A stretch of 64,000 nucleotides of DNA from Lingula anatina (GCA_051362555.1 CM120643.1:20030848-20094847); one strand, 5' to 3'; shown: positions 35,383 through 47,675, numbered from the stretch's first letter. A program made the numbers and translations. Notes: generated from the sequence alone by a model not told the origin.

Positions 35383-38300
35383 AGAAGTCGGCTACCCATC
35401 ACCCATTGTGCTTGTTATGTAACGTGACGAGCAGTGGTCTTTTTTTTTTAATAAACGAGTTTAAAAAGTTCTCTTCTTCCATCCGTACCATTTGAATTTG
35501 TTAAAACTGCGCATTGAAGGTTTATCCTTATGGGCATAAACATCTTAAATCGCTTTAAATAATCAGTTCTGTAAGTTAATTTATTAATTATTTTTGGCAC
35601 TATGGGCGTCACCCACTTTAGGAAATTACTGAAAAGAAAACATCTTTTTATTTATTATCATTATACTTTTAGTAGTCGTAATTGTCACATGCAGTTATTT
35701 TAGCTTCGTAATTTTGTTATTATCTATCTAATTACTATTTATTATTGATTTAATGACATATAGTTTTATATTTGTGTGCTGTGTTACTTTTGATTATTAA
35801 TTGCTTTAGCCAACTAGCACATGTACCTCTCAGAACTGATAAAGATACTTATTTAAATGTCAGAATACATAACGAAATATCATTTATTGCATGCATGTCT
35901 GTGAGCGGGGGGAGGGGAAACCCTTGATTATAAATGTACGGATAATTCGTTCGAATGCTAACATATATTGGAATCAAATTTTCTTTAACAAACTGACCAG
36001 TTAGTTAAGACGGCAAGTGATGCATATTTATTTTCATATTGCTATGCCATTTCAGTTTTTAATATAAAGTTTTTACAAAGTTTATTTTTCATATTGTATA
36101 TTTTGTAGGGCCTACATTTATGGACTAAATTATCCTTCACCTTTGTATTTAGGGGTTTTAGGAAATTGTCCAAAGAATATTTTTTTGAATCTATCAGCAC
36201 TACGTTTTTGCACTGTGTATCTTTATCAAGGAATTCTTTTCTGTTTGAAATAAACATCTTATAAATGTCATAAATATCTTTTCGATCTTTCCAAAAAAAT
36301 CCTTCAATATTGTAATATCTGTCATAAATCCCTTTTTGATCTTTCAAAATAAACCACCCAAAAATAGTTAATATTTGATCCATTATTTTTGCTATAGTCA
36401 TACACCAAAGTATTTTTGATATTTTCGTCAATAAATATTACCACTGTGCCTTTTGTGATGGTAGTATGTGCTTTCAATCAATCAGCAGCTGTCTAACAGG
36501 TTTTATTATAATTGTTTCCTGATATACAGTTCTTAATTGTGAAGAAGTACGGCAAAGGACGATCGCTTTCCGACATCTTGTTCTTATTTTTCTATGTTTT
36601 ACTTGGCAAATTGAAAGGGTCTCTTCGTCGCCCCAATAATCCTAAGTCGCAGCCATAAGAACACAAGATTATTGCACATGTTGAATGCTTTTGATTAACT
36701 TGACAACGTGTATTGTAACTTGAGATTCTATTTAAAAGAGAATTTTCCCCATGGAATAAGTGTATACGAGAGTCTTCATCTTTATCCTGCAACAAACGTG
36801 CGATTAATAAATGTACGCAGCGTTGCAGCAATTTATTGGAATTAATCTGCAAATAAATTTAATGGTATTGGTTTTCGGCCTGTATTTTCTTTTTTGCCAT
36901 AGTAATACACCAAAGTATTTTTGATTTTTTTCGGCAATAAATATTACCACTATGTCTTTTATGATGGCCGTTTGTTTTAATAACCGTTAAGACTTAAAGC
37001 CCATGTTATTTTAAGCTCAAAGCTTAACCATTAACCTTTTGCCCGACTTATTCATATAAGCCGAACAGCCTTTATTAAGACACCTACTTCTTAAAAACTG
37101 ATGTCCACATTTTCATATCACATTACAGGCGCCTCATACAATGTTTACATGACACCAGAGTGTAGAAGTACATCAAAGACCGATCCCTCCCGACATTTTT
37201 AATCTTATTTTCTATGTTTTACTTGGCAAAGTGAACGGGTATTTCCGTCGCCATTAATCTTCAGTCCCAGCCTTCTGAAGTCAAGATTTCTGAAAATGAA
37301 TCTTGCTTTTGATGAGCTTGCAACGCGTAATGCAAGTTGAAATGTTTCAAATTAAATGTACCAACACCCTCAAAATAGTGAATTATTCGTATGCATGTGT
37401 ATTAATAAGATGTACGCATAGTTACAGCAATTTATTACAAAATTGGTTTTATTAATTTGTTCTTCATTTCCACGCAACGTACTTTAACACACTTTTCACC
37501 TTTTTACATATACATATTTCAAAGCTCTTGTTAAATGTTTAAAAGTGTCCAATTTTGAAAAAAGTGTTGTAACGACAACGATGTTATGGAGTCTTCAATC
37601 ACTTATTTACCACTCCCTCTTCATACAATTTTACAAGTATTTATACTATATTATAATATTTTTATTGTGTTCTTTAAATTGTTTATAACGTGATTTCCAG
37701 TTTTCCATACTTATGTTGACTTTACCTTAGAACACAACCTTGTTAGGCAATGTCTAATAGCCTTTTTTTTAACTAAAATTAGCAAAAATAGTATTTGCAA
37801 TACTCATACTAGATTCATATCCAAAACTCAGTCATCATGCGAGAAATAGTAGAACGAAATTTAAATTATATTATGTTATGAAGTTAACCAATCACATAAA
37901 CTGTTAATGACTTTCTTTAACCTTTTCCTTCTTTTTCTGACACAAAAATCACTTTTAATGTTTGATTTCCCTTCATTACTAATAGTAATTAGCGTAACTT
38001 TACAACGACAGGATTAAATTTATTGAAAAAAAGGTTCTCATGAATAATTTTTTGATGTTATGTGCTTTTATAAACATATGTACCCTTATACTTTCAAATA
38101 CAAACTTTATACCCTGTCAGTGGTCCATCGCGATGTGTAACGTTGCATCGTCAGTTTAAGTAAATAATTGTCAGCAAATTTCAACGCCTTTTATGTTTTT
38201 ATTATGCCCAAATACTTCACATTATTGTTGACAATATTACACACTTAATTGCATTTAGTTATGCCACTGTTTCGTTGTGCTTTAACACAGTAATTGTAAT

Positions 38301-38640
38301 ATGTTGTTGTATTTTATTTATAATATATTGTTTTTATATCGTATAATTTTAGCGTCAAATAGATGAGCACATTCAACTGAAATATGCCACGCCATCTTAC
38401 GCTGTTCATCTTGATTTTCATTTTAAAATTGCTATTTTCAAGTAGCCATTTTCGTTAATTCTTCACTTGTCCAACTTATTCCCACTCCCCATTGGGAAAC
38501 ATATTTCCTGTATTCATAAGGAAAGTTAAACCAATTAGTGGACACCTGGCATACACATGTAAAGATTATATGTAAGATAATTAAAAAAAGACGTGTAATT
38601 GCCGAATTAATCTGTAATTATTATATAATCTCTTGCTGCG

Positions 38641-38677
38641 TATAAAAGAGAAAAAAAGACGACGCGGTCGTTCATTC
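38641..38677 (+). promoter_or_regulatory. Putative transposase core promoter (TATA + Inr)
   Basis: TATAAAAG at 38641 and TCATTC about 31 nt downstream, 30-70 nt before the ATG at 38710. Confidence 0.55.
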
Positions 38678-38709
38678 TGAGACCATCCAAAGGCTCAAGT
38701 GGTAGTTAA

Positions 38710-40180
38710 ATGGCGCAAATAGCGGTACCCCGAATTTCGGTTGGAAATCGGGGCGGAAAAATCTTGATTTTCGATGGACATCGGTATCATAGAAACAAAG
38801 TTGGTCAACAATACATTTTCTGGCGTTGTTGGAGAAGCAATTGTCGTGCATTTTTGAAAACAGAGCGTTTTGAGATTGAACTAGATGCGAGGGACATCCG
38901 TGTTGTCCACGCTGGAGACCACAACCATACTCCAGATGACGATGAGGTAGATAGGACGTTGGTGATGGAGCAGTTTCGGCAGCAGGTCGAGGCGGACATT
39001 ACCAGACCCATCAGACGAACATATGATGTGGTGGCAAGGGACATCCAGCAAGCCGGTGATCTCCCCATCCCCAGCTTCAACGAGGTCCGTTCAATTCTGG
39101 GTCGTGCCAGGTCTGCCCACATGCCACCTGTACCCCGTAACATCGCTGATGTTAACATATTTGGTAAGTACTTTACAATTAAGCTCTTTATATTTATCCT
39201 TTACTTCGAATCTTGAACTCGAAAAATTAAATACAAAAACAAAGCCAAACAATCAATGTTTTCAGCCGTTCATTGATATTCAAAATTAAACAATTTAAAA
39301 TATATAATAATGAAAAAATATGATATAAACTCTGGTCAATCAAAAGATAAACGACACATCTTATTAGACTTTGCTTCGATTTTAAGGCGAACTCGAGTTA
39401 CAAGCCAAATGGTCATCTTGTCTTGATATAATTATCAGTTATCTATAATTTTAATACGGATCGATAATTTAAACAGTGAGCGGTATGAATGAATGTACTA
39501 AAAAAAGGCGTAACGGATGTAAGGTGACATGCATTCTGTAACGTGTTTTTATCCGCAGTATTCACTTATTGGGCAATCGAATGGATTTTAAAAGTACTTG
39601 GTCCTGTCCAGGCAAAACGTATTAAAACTTTATAGGGCAACATTTTCTTCGAAATTATTCAGTGACTGATGTTAAGCTATAATGTGGGACACCCCAACTT
39701 CTGTGCGCTAGAATCCCTTTTGATGGAATGCACAACTTAAAATATACATATAGCAATGCCTTTTTTTAAAACTTGCTGTATTATGAGTTTAAAAAGGGCA
39801 CTATAACACCATTAAGCATTTTACTTATTTCACATTAAAGTGTAATTTAGGTTGTGGGTTACTGAGCGACAATTATTATATTACGACGGTGTCCTATCTA
39901 AACACAAAATTCAACATAAAACTACCATGTATGTTAAAAAGAGAGAGGAATTCAAATTAAATAAGAACATAAACACTTAAAGGGGGAATTATTAACCTTT
40001 AATTTTATTTTATTTGCTATTTTAATTAGTCTTTTTTTTTGGGGGGGGGGGGGCAAATACTCTTTAATAGCGAGGCGACAGGTAGAAACTGTGCGTATTG
40101 CGGCATGTAGACCCTCGGGGATTCCGTCAAAGTGGCACATTATAGGCCTACATTGGGACCCGGTCGTTAAATGCTGCAAG

Positions 40181-40214
<34 letters not shown>

Positions 40215-43200
40215 AGGCCCCTTTATAAGCTGCGTCAGGTAGCATTAGGAATTTGGCCGAGTTTCTTGTAATGGCTGGAAGAACACAGAAAATGGTCATT
40301 AGCAAAAACATCTGTGTATTATATATTATTATACATTGCTTTCCCTGCTAGCATGAGCAAAAATTGTTAACGTACTGTTACATTAAGATGGCCTGGATTT
40401 TAAGTAATGTACATTGCGTGAACACCGCTTCTTATTAATACTAAAGCCCATTACAGGGACGATCATACCAGGATTCCACAAATGCAATCCTCTGAATACT
40501 GGCACTCTGAGGGTTATACGCAGACCTAAGATTTCAATGAAATATATACTGTTTTCGTGAAAATGAAGTCAACAAATGTTTTTTGATAAAATTCTCTACT
40601 ATTACATAAGGAATTTAAACACTTATGAAAGCCAGAAACGCATATGCAATGGAGAAACTCAAAGGATGGAAATGAAAAACAAGATAGGCTGATGTTAAAG
40701 TCGAGTTATTTACACAACTATAAAATATTACACATATGTTGGTTATAGAATATACATAGGTTCCGTTCAACTAGTCAAAAATCTAACTTGAAGAGGGTAC
40801 CAGAAAGCGAAAGGGGGGGGGGGGGGGGGGGGTAGGGTCAGGACCCCCATGACCTACACTCGAAATCCGCCACTGCTCTGCAGATTGACATATGGTTATC
40901 ACGTAGGACACGCATCTGCTAATCTGCAGCAGGCGTTAAGTCATCTAATTAGCACTGTGTCATCGATACTTAAACAAATTAATCTCGTCTGTTACTGTTT
41001 ACCTCCTACATTTGTTGAAATTGAAATGAATCGAGTAATTTATGTGCTTATAAGTGTTACACTGAAATTTTCCATACTTAACCAGAGCAAGAGTTGTTAC
41101 ATGTAAGTGTATAAAAAAACATTTAACCTACCTGATTACAGCTTTTAAAATAGATACTAGAAAAAAAACCCACCGAGAAAGTTAATGCATACAAACTGTC
41201 AGACCGACAACAGACACGTGTTTGCCAAAATATGTCCGTTTAAAATTAAACGAAGCGTCAAGAAGATGCCAAATACTACTATGTACTATTGCAATAGTAA
41301 GATAGGACCCAGTGCTACTTGCTGAATGCAATTGTTGCTTCAATAAGACAATATTGTTACTGCATCTCGACAATTCTCTCGCGCAAAAATGTCGGCTACA
41401 TGCATGCTAGTACTGATGTCAGCTAGTACCATTTTTCTTGCCAAGACAGTCCTTAAAACTTCACATTATGGTTAAAATAGAATGATAAGTTCAAAAAGGC
41501 ACCAAAAATGACAAATAAATATCCATTCCATAAAATGAACCACAGTTTACCATCGATTTTAAAGCAAATTCTAATGAAAACCTAAATAATTAGGGGGCCT
41601 AGTCTATCTTGATAGAATTGTCATGGAGGCCTATATATGGCCTAATGCAGGATAATGTCATTAACAGCAAGGGGCATGAATGAATACTATATAAGAATTG
41701 ATCCACAAAACGAAAGGCATAACGTTTTAAAGTAAATACAGTAATTTTGATATTTTAATATTTTAATTAAATAAAAAAAAAATAAAAAAAATGTTAAAAC
41801 ATATTTTGTGACCGAAGTTAGCATAACTGATGAAAGATGACCATTAGGCCCCTATAGGCCTATCTATCATCGTAAACTGTGGTATTAGGACTAGGCCTAT
41901 TATCTATAAATATATTGAAGGGAATTTATATAAAACGTCTTAACTTTCTAAAGCAACTCATACTCAAATTTGATCCGTTACCGAGGTTAGGCTTAATGTG
42001 ACACCCCAACTTTTGAGTGTTAGGGCCTATCAATATCCATGATGGAACGCATCTTTTAAAATAACAAATAGCACTGTTTTATTAAACTTTGTGTGTTATG
42101 GATTTGGAAAATGCAAAGTCCCTTTAAAGAGTATTTCGTCTATGCTGACGTTTATTTAAAAAACGTTACGGAGGTTAGGGGTTGCTGAGCTGAGTTACAA
42201 TGATTAAACTATGACTGTGTCGTAATTAAATAACAAATTCGACAGAGATCCCCATGCATGAAGAAAGTAACATGAATTCAAAGCCATAACTGCTTTAATG
42301 ATCACATATTCTAATCATGAAATTATATTTTATTGTTTATTATATATTATTTCATTATTATTATTTATTTATTATTATATATATATTATCAACAGGATCG
42401 TGGGCGGAAACATGGAGGGGAGACAACAACCTGATCCTCCAAGATAATGAGTGGGGAATTGTGCTCTTTGGAACAGACGCCAACATGGTGCATCTCCAGC
42501 AGTGCGAGGACATCTTTATGGACGGCACTTTTCGGTCTTGTCCGGGCCCTTATCGCCAGGTATTCACAGTCCATGGCCTTCGCCGTGGCCGCGTGGAAGT
42601 ACTGGCAGCGTGCTTGATGGAGGCCCGGACAATTGGCCATTATAGACAAGTTTTGCAGGTGAATTAAACATTTTTATTTCGGTTTACCTTTTTTAATCTG
42701 TAAATTTGGCTATGGTAGCTGACTTCAAAGATTAAACTATTGCGTCGGCAGCTTATCTCTCATTCTATATGCTTAAAGTCTGGATAACGGATGCAATTAA
42801 GGCTCGAAATTTTAGAATTACTTATCAGAGGTGCAAATGAAAATTTTTGTTAACCCGCAGGTAAAAATATGACATTTTTTCAGGCCCTTAAGAGAAAAGT
42901 TCGGGAGGTAACCCGTCACCGATGGAGGCCCACCAGAGTCATCTGTGACTTCGAGGTGGGTCTCCACACCGCCCTCGAGACAGAACTTAGAAGGACCGAC
43001 ATTGCTGGGTGTTTTTTTCACTTCTGTCAATCTTTGTGGCGGCGCGTCCAGGAACTGGGGTTGGTGCCTATTTGTAGGCGCAACCCCAGGGTAAGGCAGT
43101 GCATTCGGAAGTTCATGTCGTTGGGTTACTTACCCTTGGCGCTTGTTCGTCAGAACTTCCTAATGCACTGCAATGCCCGCAGGACACGCCGCTACATTCG

Positions 43201-44135
43201 GCGCTTCCCCGCAATGGGGGAGTTTTGCCAATACGTGCACCACACGTACATAGAAGGGACGTTTCCTCCCGTCACATGGAATGTGTACGGGAGGAACATG
43301 GATACAAGAACCAACAATCACGTTGAAAGTAAGTTCAGAAATGTTATCATTGTTTATTGATACTGTTTAGGTGAAACGCTCATTCTCAATATATAGGCAA
43401 GTGTAATGTTAATTTTTTTTTAATTTTATTTAAAGTAAATATTACGAGTTGAAGATTTTCCCTTCATACTGATGTGAATTTTCAAATTTTTGAAAGATTA
43501 AAAAAGGCAAGATTTGGCAAGAATGATCAATTTCTGTCACCAGAGATGTACGAAAAGGAAATATCGGAAAAATATCCTCAGCTTTGAGATTCACTTTTCT
43601 AATATATACAAATAAACTCATGTACTGGGCGAGACTGAAAAGAGAATGTGATATATGTACTGTTTACACACTGACATGTCATGGCGCAAAGCAAAATTAA
43701 AAACACCTATACAATTAAACCTTTCCGATTTGCAGAGCTGTATTTCATATTAATAATGCATGTCTAGTGATGCAAACTTTTCATCACTTTTACAAATTAG
43801 GGTACAATCGCACGCACTAAAAGGTCCACAACCTTATTCTTAATTGCACTAATGCTCTAGTTTCTTTAACAGGTTTCAACAAGAAACTTAATGATTCGGT
43901 TGGTGTTAGGCACCCAACAATTTGGCGATTCATTACCACATTGAAGGACATCCAGGGCCAGACGGAGCGCTCCATCCGGGCTGCTGACCGAGGGGATCCT
44001 CAGCCCCCGAGGAGGCAGAAGTGGAGACGGATGGAGCGGCGCCTGAAGACCCTGCGAAGGGAGTACAGGCGGGGGGACAGAGACCTAGAAGAGTATTGGG
44101 AGGCAGTGACACACTGCCTCCACAACTTTGAATAA
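38710..44135 (+). CDS. FLYWCH-domain MULE transposase, 4 exons (38710-39163, 42396-42658, 42884-43328, 43873-44135), 474 aa
   Basis: FLYWCH zinc finger (LIFDGHRY..FWRC..CRA..HNH). Catalytic D (FMDGTF), D (ICDFE), CxxH (GCFFH), W (VTWNV) and E (RTNNHVES), plus HPTIWRF. GT-AG introns, phases 1/0/1 consistent, no stops or frameshifts. Confidence 0.92.
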
Positions 44136-44136
44136 A
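44131..44136 (+). terminator. Putative polyA signal overlapping the transposase stop codon
   Basis: GAATAAAA: the TAA stop lies within AATAAA. Confidence 0.45.
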
Positions 44137-44799
44137 AGGTACGGTTTCACAAAATTTTATGACGATTTAACGAAATATTAGCAGTTGCGGTGATCTCGTT
44201 ATAATGCATTTATGTTACGTTTTATGCCCCAAGCCTTATAGCTTTATTTAGTTGTCTTTAGGCCTGATGTCGCCCGCTTTATATGTTCAGCTGCTTTTAA
44301 AGATATCATTCAGTAGTTACAAGTGCGGTGCTAGCGTTTAACCTACGTCCTTTTTATGCGTCGAGCTTTGACTAAAATTTGTTGTGTCCAGTAGCATATA
44401 TGAGATTACTTGTAAAAGTAATAGGTGCGGTGATCGCATTTTTACGGTATTGATATGTTTTATCATTGCAGTAGGCTTGAAAAAGAGACTAAGGTTGGAG
44501 TCCTGTCATTTAAGTGGATAGAACATCGTTGTCACCTCCAGATGTATCCACGGGTTAAGGGTCAGGCAGGCAGGCAGGCAGGCAGGCTGGGAAAGGCTCG
44601 AAGATCTTCCGAAGTTTCTGTTTACATATGAAGGAAGTAAGCGATAGTCTCTCTCTGTCGTCTCTCTTCTTGCTTATTTCAGTTAAATGACATTACAATG
44701 GCTTTTCATGCTTTTTAGTTTTCCAAATATTGCAGTATGTTGTATGTGTTCATGTTATTTGGCAGACTCCGGCTTAAAAATTAGCAAGGGAAATAGTGT

Positions 44800-45560
44800 A
44801 ATATACCATATGTTTCAGACAACTAAGTTTGTTACGGTAATGGGTGTGGTTGTTTGAAAGAAAGTTAGCGGGCAGCAATGTAGGTCGAATTTGGTGTCGT
44901 TTTTTATTTTTATAATCAACATAATGTAATATAGTGCACTATATATGTTTCAGAGAACTAAGATTGTAACGGTAGCAAAATGTGTTTTGTGTATAACATG
45001 TTCCCGTAAATCTACCGAATATTTTGCTTTAATACGAAGAGAGTTGGCTGACAGGCAGTAATGTAGGTCGGTTTCTATTTTTATAATCAACAGAATGTAA
45101 TATAGTACAGTGTAGGCCTATATGTTTCAGAGAGTTAAGTTTGTTAGCTAGTGACAAGTGTTTTGCAGCAATGTAGGTCGAATTTGGTGTCGTTTTTTAT
45201 TTTTATAATCAACAGAGTGTAATATAGTGCACTATATATGTTTCAGAGAACTAAGTTTGTTACGGTTGCAAAATGTGTTTTGTGTATATCATGTTGCCGT
45301 AAAATATCTACCGAATATTTTGCTTTGATACGATCAGTTGGCTGGCAGGCAGCAATGTAGGTCGGTTTCTATTTTTATAATCAACAGAATGTAATATAGT
45401 ACAGTGTAGGCCTATATGTTTCAGAGAGTTATGTTTGTTACGGTAGTACATTGTAACAGGTGTTTTGTGTATATCGTTTTGCCGTAACATATTACCCAAT
45501 ATTTTGCCTTGATACTACAAGAGTTGGCAGCATTATAGGTCAAATTTAGTGTCGGTGTTT
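44800..45560. repeat. Higher-order tandem repeat in the MULE right arm (A-B-A-B-A, period about 293 bp)
   Basis: Recurring GCAGYAATGTAGGTCG...TATTTTTATAATCAACA...TATATGTTTCAGAGA at about 44872, 45055, 45165, 45350 and 45527. Confidence 0.8.
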
Positions 45561-47212
45561 ATTCTTAGTATCAAGACACATCTATGTTAACCAATTTCAG
45601 CATACGTATGGGTTGGAATAAAGTTGTTCCTTTTTTTAATCTATAATAATCTACGCTGTACACATCAGGCATCTTCATCTCACTTAAGCCACCTTGTCAG
45701 TGAATACGAGAAAGAATATATTTGAGTAGAAATGGCACGAATTATAAAAATAGTACTATTTGTATTCAGTGTACCTATAACCAAAGCTTGGAAATTTCAC
45801 TACTGGCAAACACTTTTGAATTCAATAAAATTTATCTTTAGTTCGTAAGTTATAATGCTATGTGTTTGTTGTGTGTGTGGAGGAAGGGACCGCTACCGAT
45901 ATAATAATAGCAAAAGTTTAATGTAATAAACAACGATGTAGACTTAATATTTAAAGGATAACAACTCTTCGTAAGAGATTCATATTTCACAATAGAAGTT
46001 TAACAGCCCATAGAAGTAAATGAATTCTCTTTACCACAAAATTACGGTTATAGCAATTATTCTAGTATCCTCTGAAAACTAAAATAGTTTGAATATTTTT
46101 GGCAGATAAGACAAATATACTACTGAAAGAAGCTTATAAACCTTAAAAGTCGGCGTCTAACTAAACATACCAAGTTTAAAATAACGAATCTCTATTAATC
46201 AAAACGGCGATGAGTGAAGCAGAGCAACACTGAATGGTTAACTGAAATTCAGAAAATGAAGCAAATTTATCTTATGTTATAGCATTACATAAACAAATCG
46301 AGCAGCTGCACAGCATGGAGAACTTATTAAAAAAAGTTAGAGTCGGTTGCGCCAGGCAAATGGCACTGTACGAAGTCTGATTAATATCGAAAGTCCGTGC
46401 GACTTTCGTTCCTTTTCGGAACGCCAAAACATTCCTATCGAAATATATATAATGTTAAGTTTAAAATAAACAATAACCGGTCAGCATTACCATTTGCCTT
46501 TATGAGTTTCAAACGCAGAATTATTATATAACAAAACACAATACAAAATATAATTTAACATAACAGAAAAGATGAAAAGCGTTAAGTATTATTTCCGAAA
46601 GAATAACACAGAAGTTTAGGGACAGTCGCATTCTCAAACGATCTAAAAACACAAACTGTCACTATTCTTAAACCTTCTTAAATTAAAAAAAAACTCAATG
46701 CGAAAATTAGTGTATCAATATTTTTGGTATTAGTATAAATTGTAATCTTAAAAGCGCATGCGATTATAATACGGCTTGGGCACGTACGTGCTCTGTTGAA
46801 CTAAATGCATCCCCATAGGACTACCTAGAAAAATAAATTGATTAAATTAAAAAAGTACACGACTGAAAACAACAACGAAACGATTTGCCCCCATATATAA
46901 GGAAGCTTATATTACACTTGCCACAAAATTGATCGTAGGCCTATATCGCCTGGCAAAATGAATGAAGGCTTTTACTCAAAAATCAATTTAACTGATATAT
47001 TATTTAATTTATATTTAACACACAGAATAAACTTGTATGTTTACGTAATTGTATATAAAAATACGCAATTATATATGCAGAAAATATAGTGTGTAATGCA
47101 TGTTCTTTGTAGTATTAAAGGCTAGTAATGCTTTTATATATTATTTTAATAAAAAAAGGTATTTTTTCAAAATATTTTCTTCAAAGTATGGGCTATCTAA
47201 CTCTACGATGGC

Positions 47213-47431
47213 TTCGGCATAGCGAGCCGTCGACGCAGCGAACCTTTCGGCACAAAATATAAACAATCGGCATAGCGAACCCTCGGCATAGCGAGCCTCC
47301 GGCTCAGCGAACCCTCGGCACAGCGAACCTTCGGCATAGCGAACCCTCGGCACAGCGAACCTTCGGCATAGCGAACCCTCGGCACAGCGAACCTTCGGCA
47401 TAGCGAACCCTCGGCATAGCGAAGCGCACCC
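47213..47431 (-). repeat. Right terminal array of the MULE (about 12 x 16-bp units, inverted relative to the left)
   Basis: (C/T)TCGGCA(T/C)AGCGAACC tandem units, the reverse complement of the left unit. Confidence 0.9.
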
Positions 47432-47495
47432 TGGTCATCAACTCATCAAATCAGCGCCTATGGTCATGTTCAGAATGGGACTTTGCTTAAAACTG

Positions 47496-47675
47496 CAGGC
47501 CCATGGTCAGGGGGGCTTAGGTGGTTTGAAAGACCCCCCCCCCTTTTTGCCAGAAAAAAAAGGTCCCCTCTGGGTAAAATTTTATTTAGGTACACAAAGG
47601 TTTCATAGTAAAAAGTGTACTTTTTCAGAAAAAACACCCCCCCTTCCCCTTTTAAAATTGTTGGCTACAGGCCTG
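47496..47675. mobile_element. ~160-bp MITE family, copy 2
   Basis: Same core (CTGGGTAAAATTT..TAGGTAC..TTTTTCAGAAAA); exact 5-bp TSD AACTG. Confidence 0.8.

Larger units (their letters stand above)
35203..47431 (+). mobile_element. Mutator-like (MULE; Phantom/Muta-like) DNA transposon, 12.2 kb, apparently autonomous
   Basis: Exact 8-bp TSD TGGTCATC (35195-35202 and 47432-47439). Both ends read GGG inward. Inverted arrays of 16-bp GGTTCGCTRTGCCGAR units sit at both ends, and there is an internal FLYWCH-MULE transposase. Confidence 0.93.

Noticed and set aside
38805-39158. 117-aa antisense ORF, and similar ORFs at 42389-43326
   Set aside because: Shadows of GC-rich transposase exons.
46240-46380. 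Short plus-strand coiled-coil-like frame in the MULE right arm (..LHKQIEQLHSMENLLKKV..)
   Set aside because: Only about 45 codons, with no clear start, splice context or recognisable homology.
47141-47401. Repetitive ORFs (MPKVRCAEGSLCR..), also 35217-35495 and 47203-47385
   Set aside because: Translations of the 16-bp terminal repeats.
47213-47431. CRISPR-like appearance of the regular 16-bp repeats (also 35203-35382)
   Set aside because: Head-to-tail units without unique spacers, no cas genes, eukaryotic context. They are the inverted ends of the MULE.
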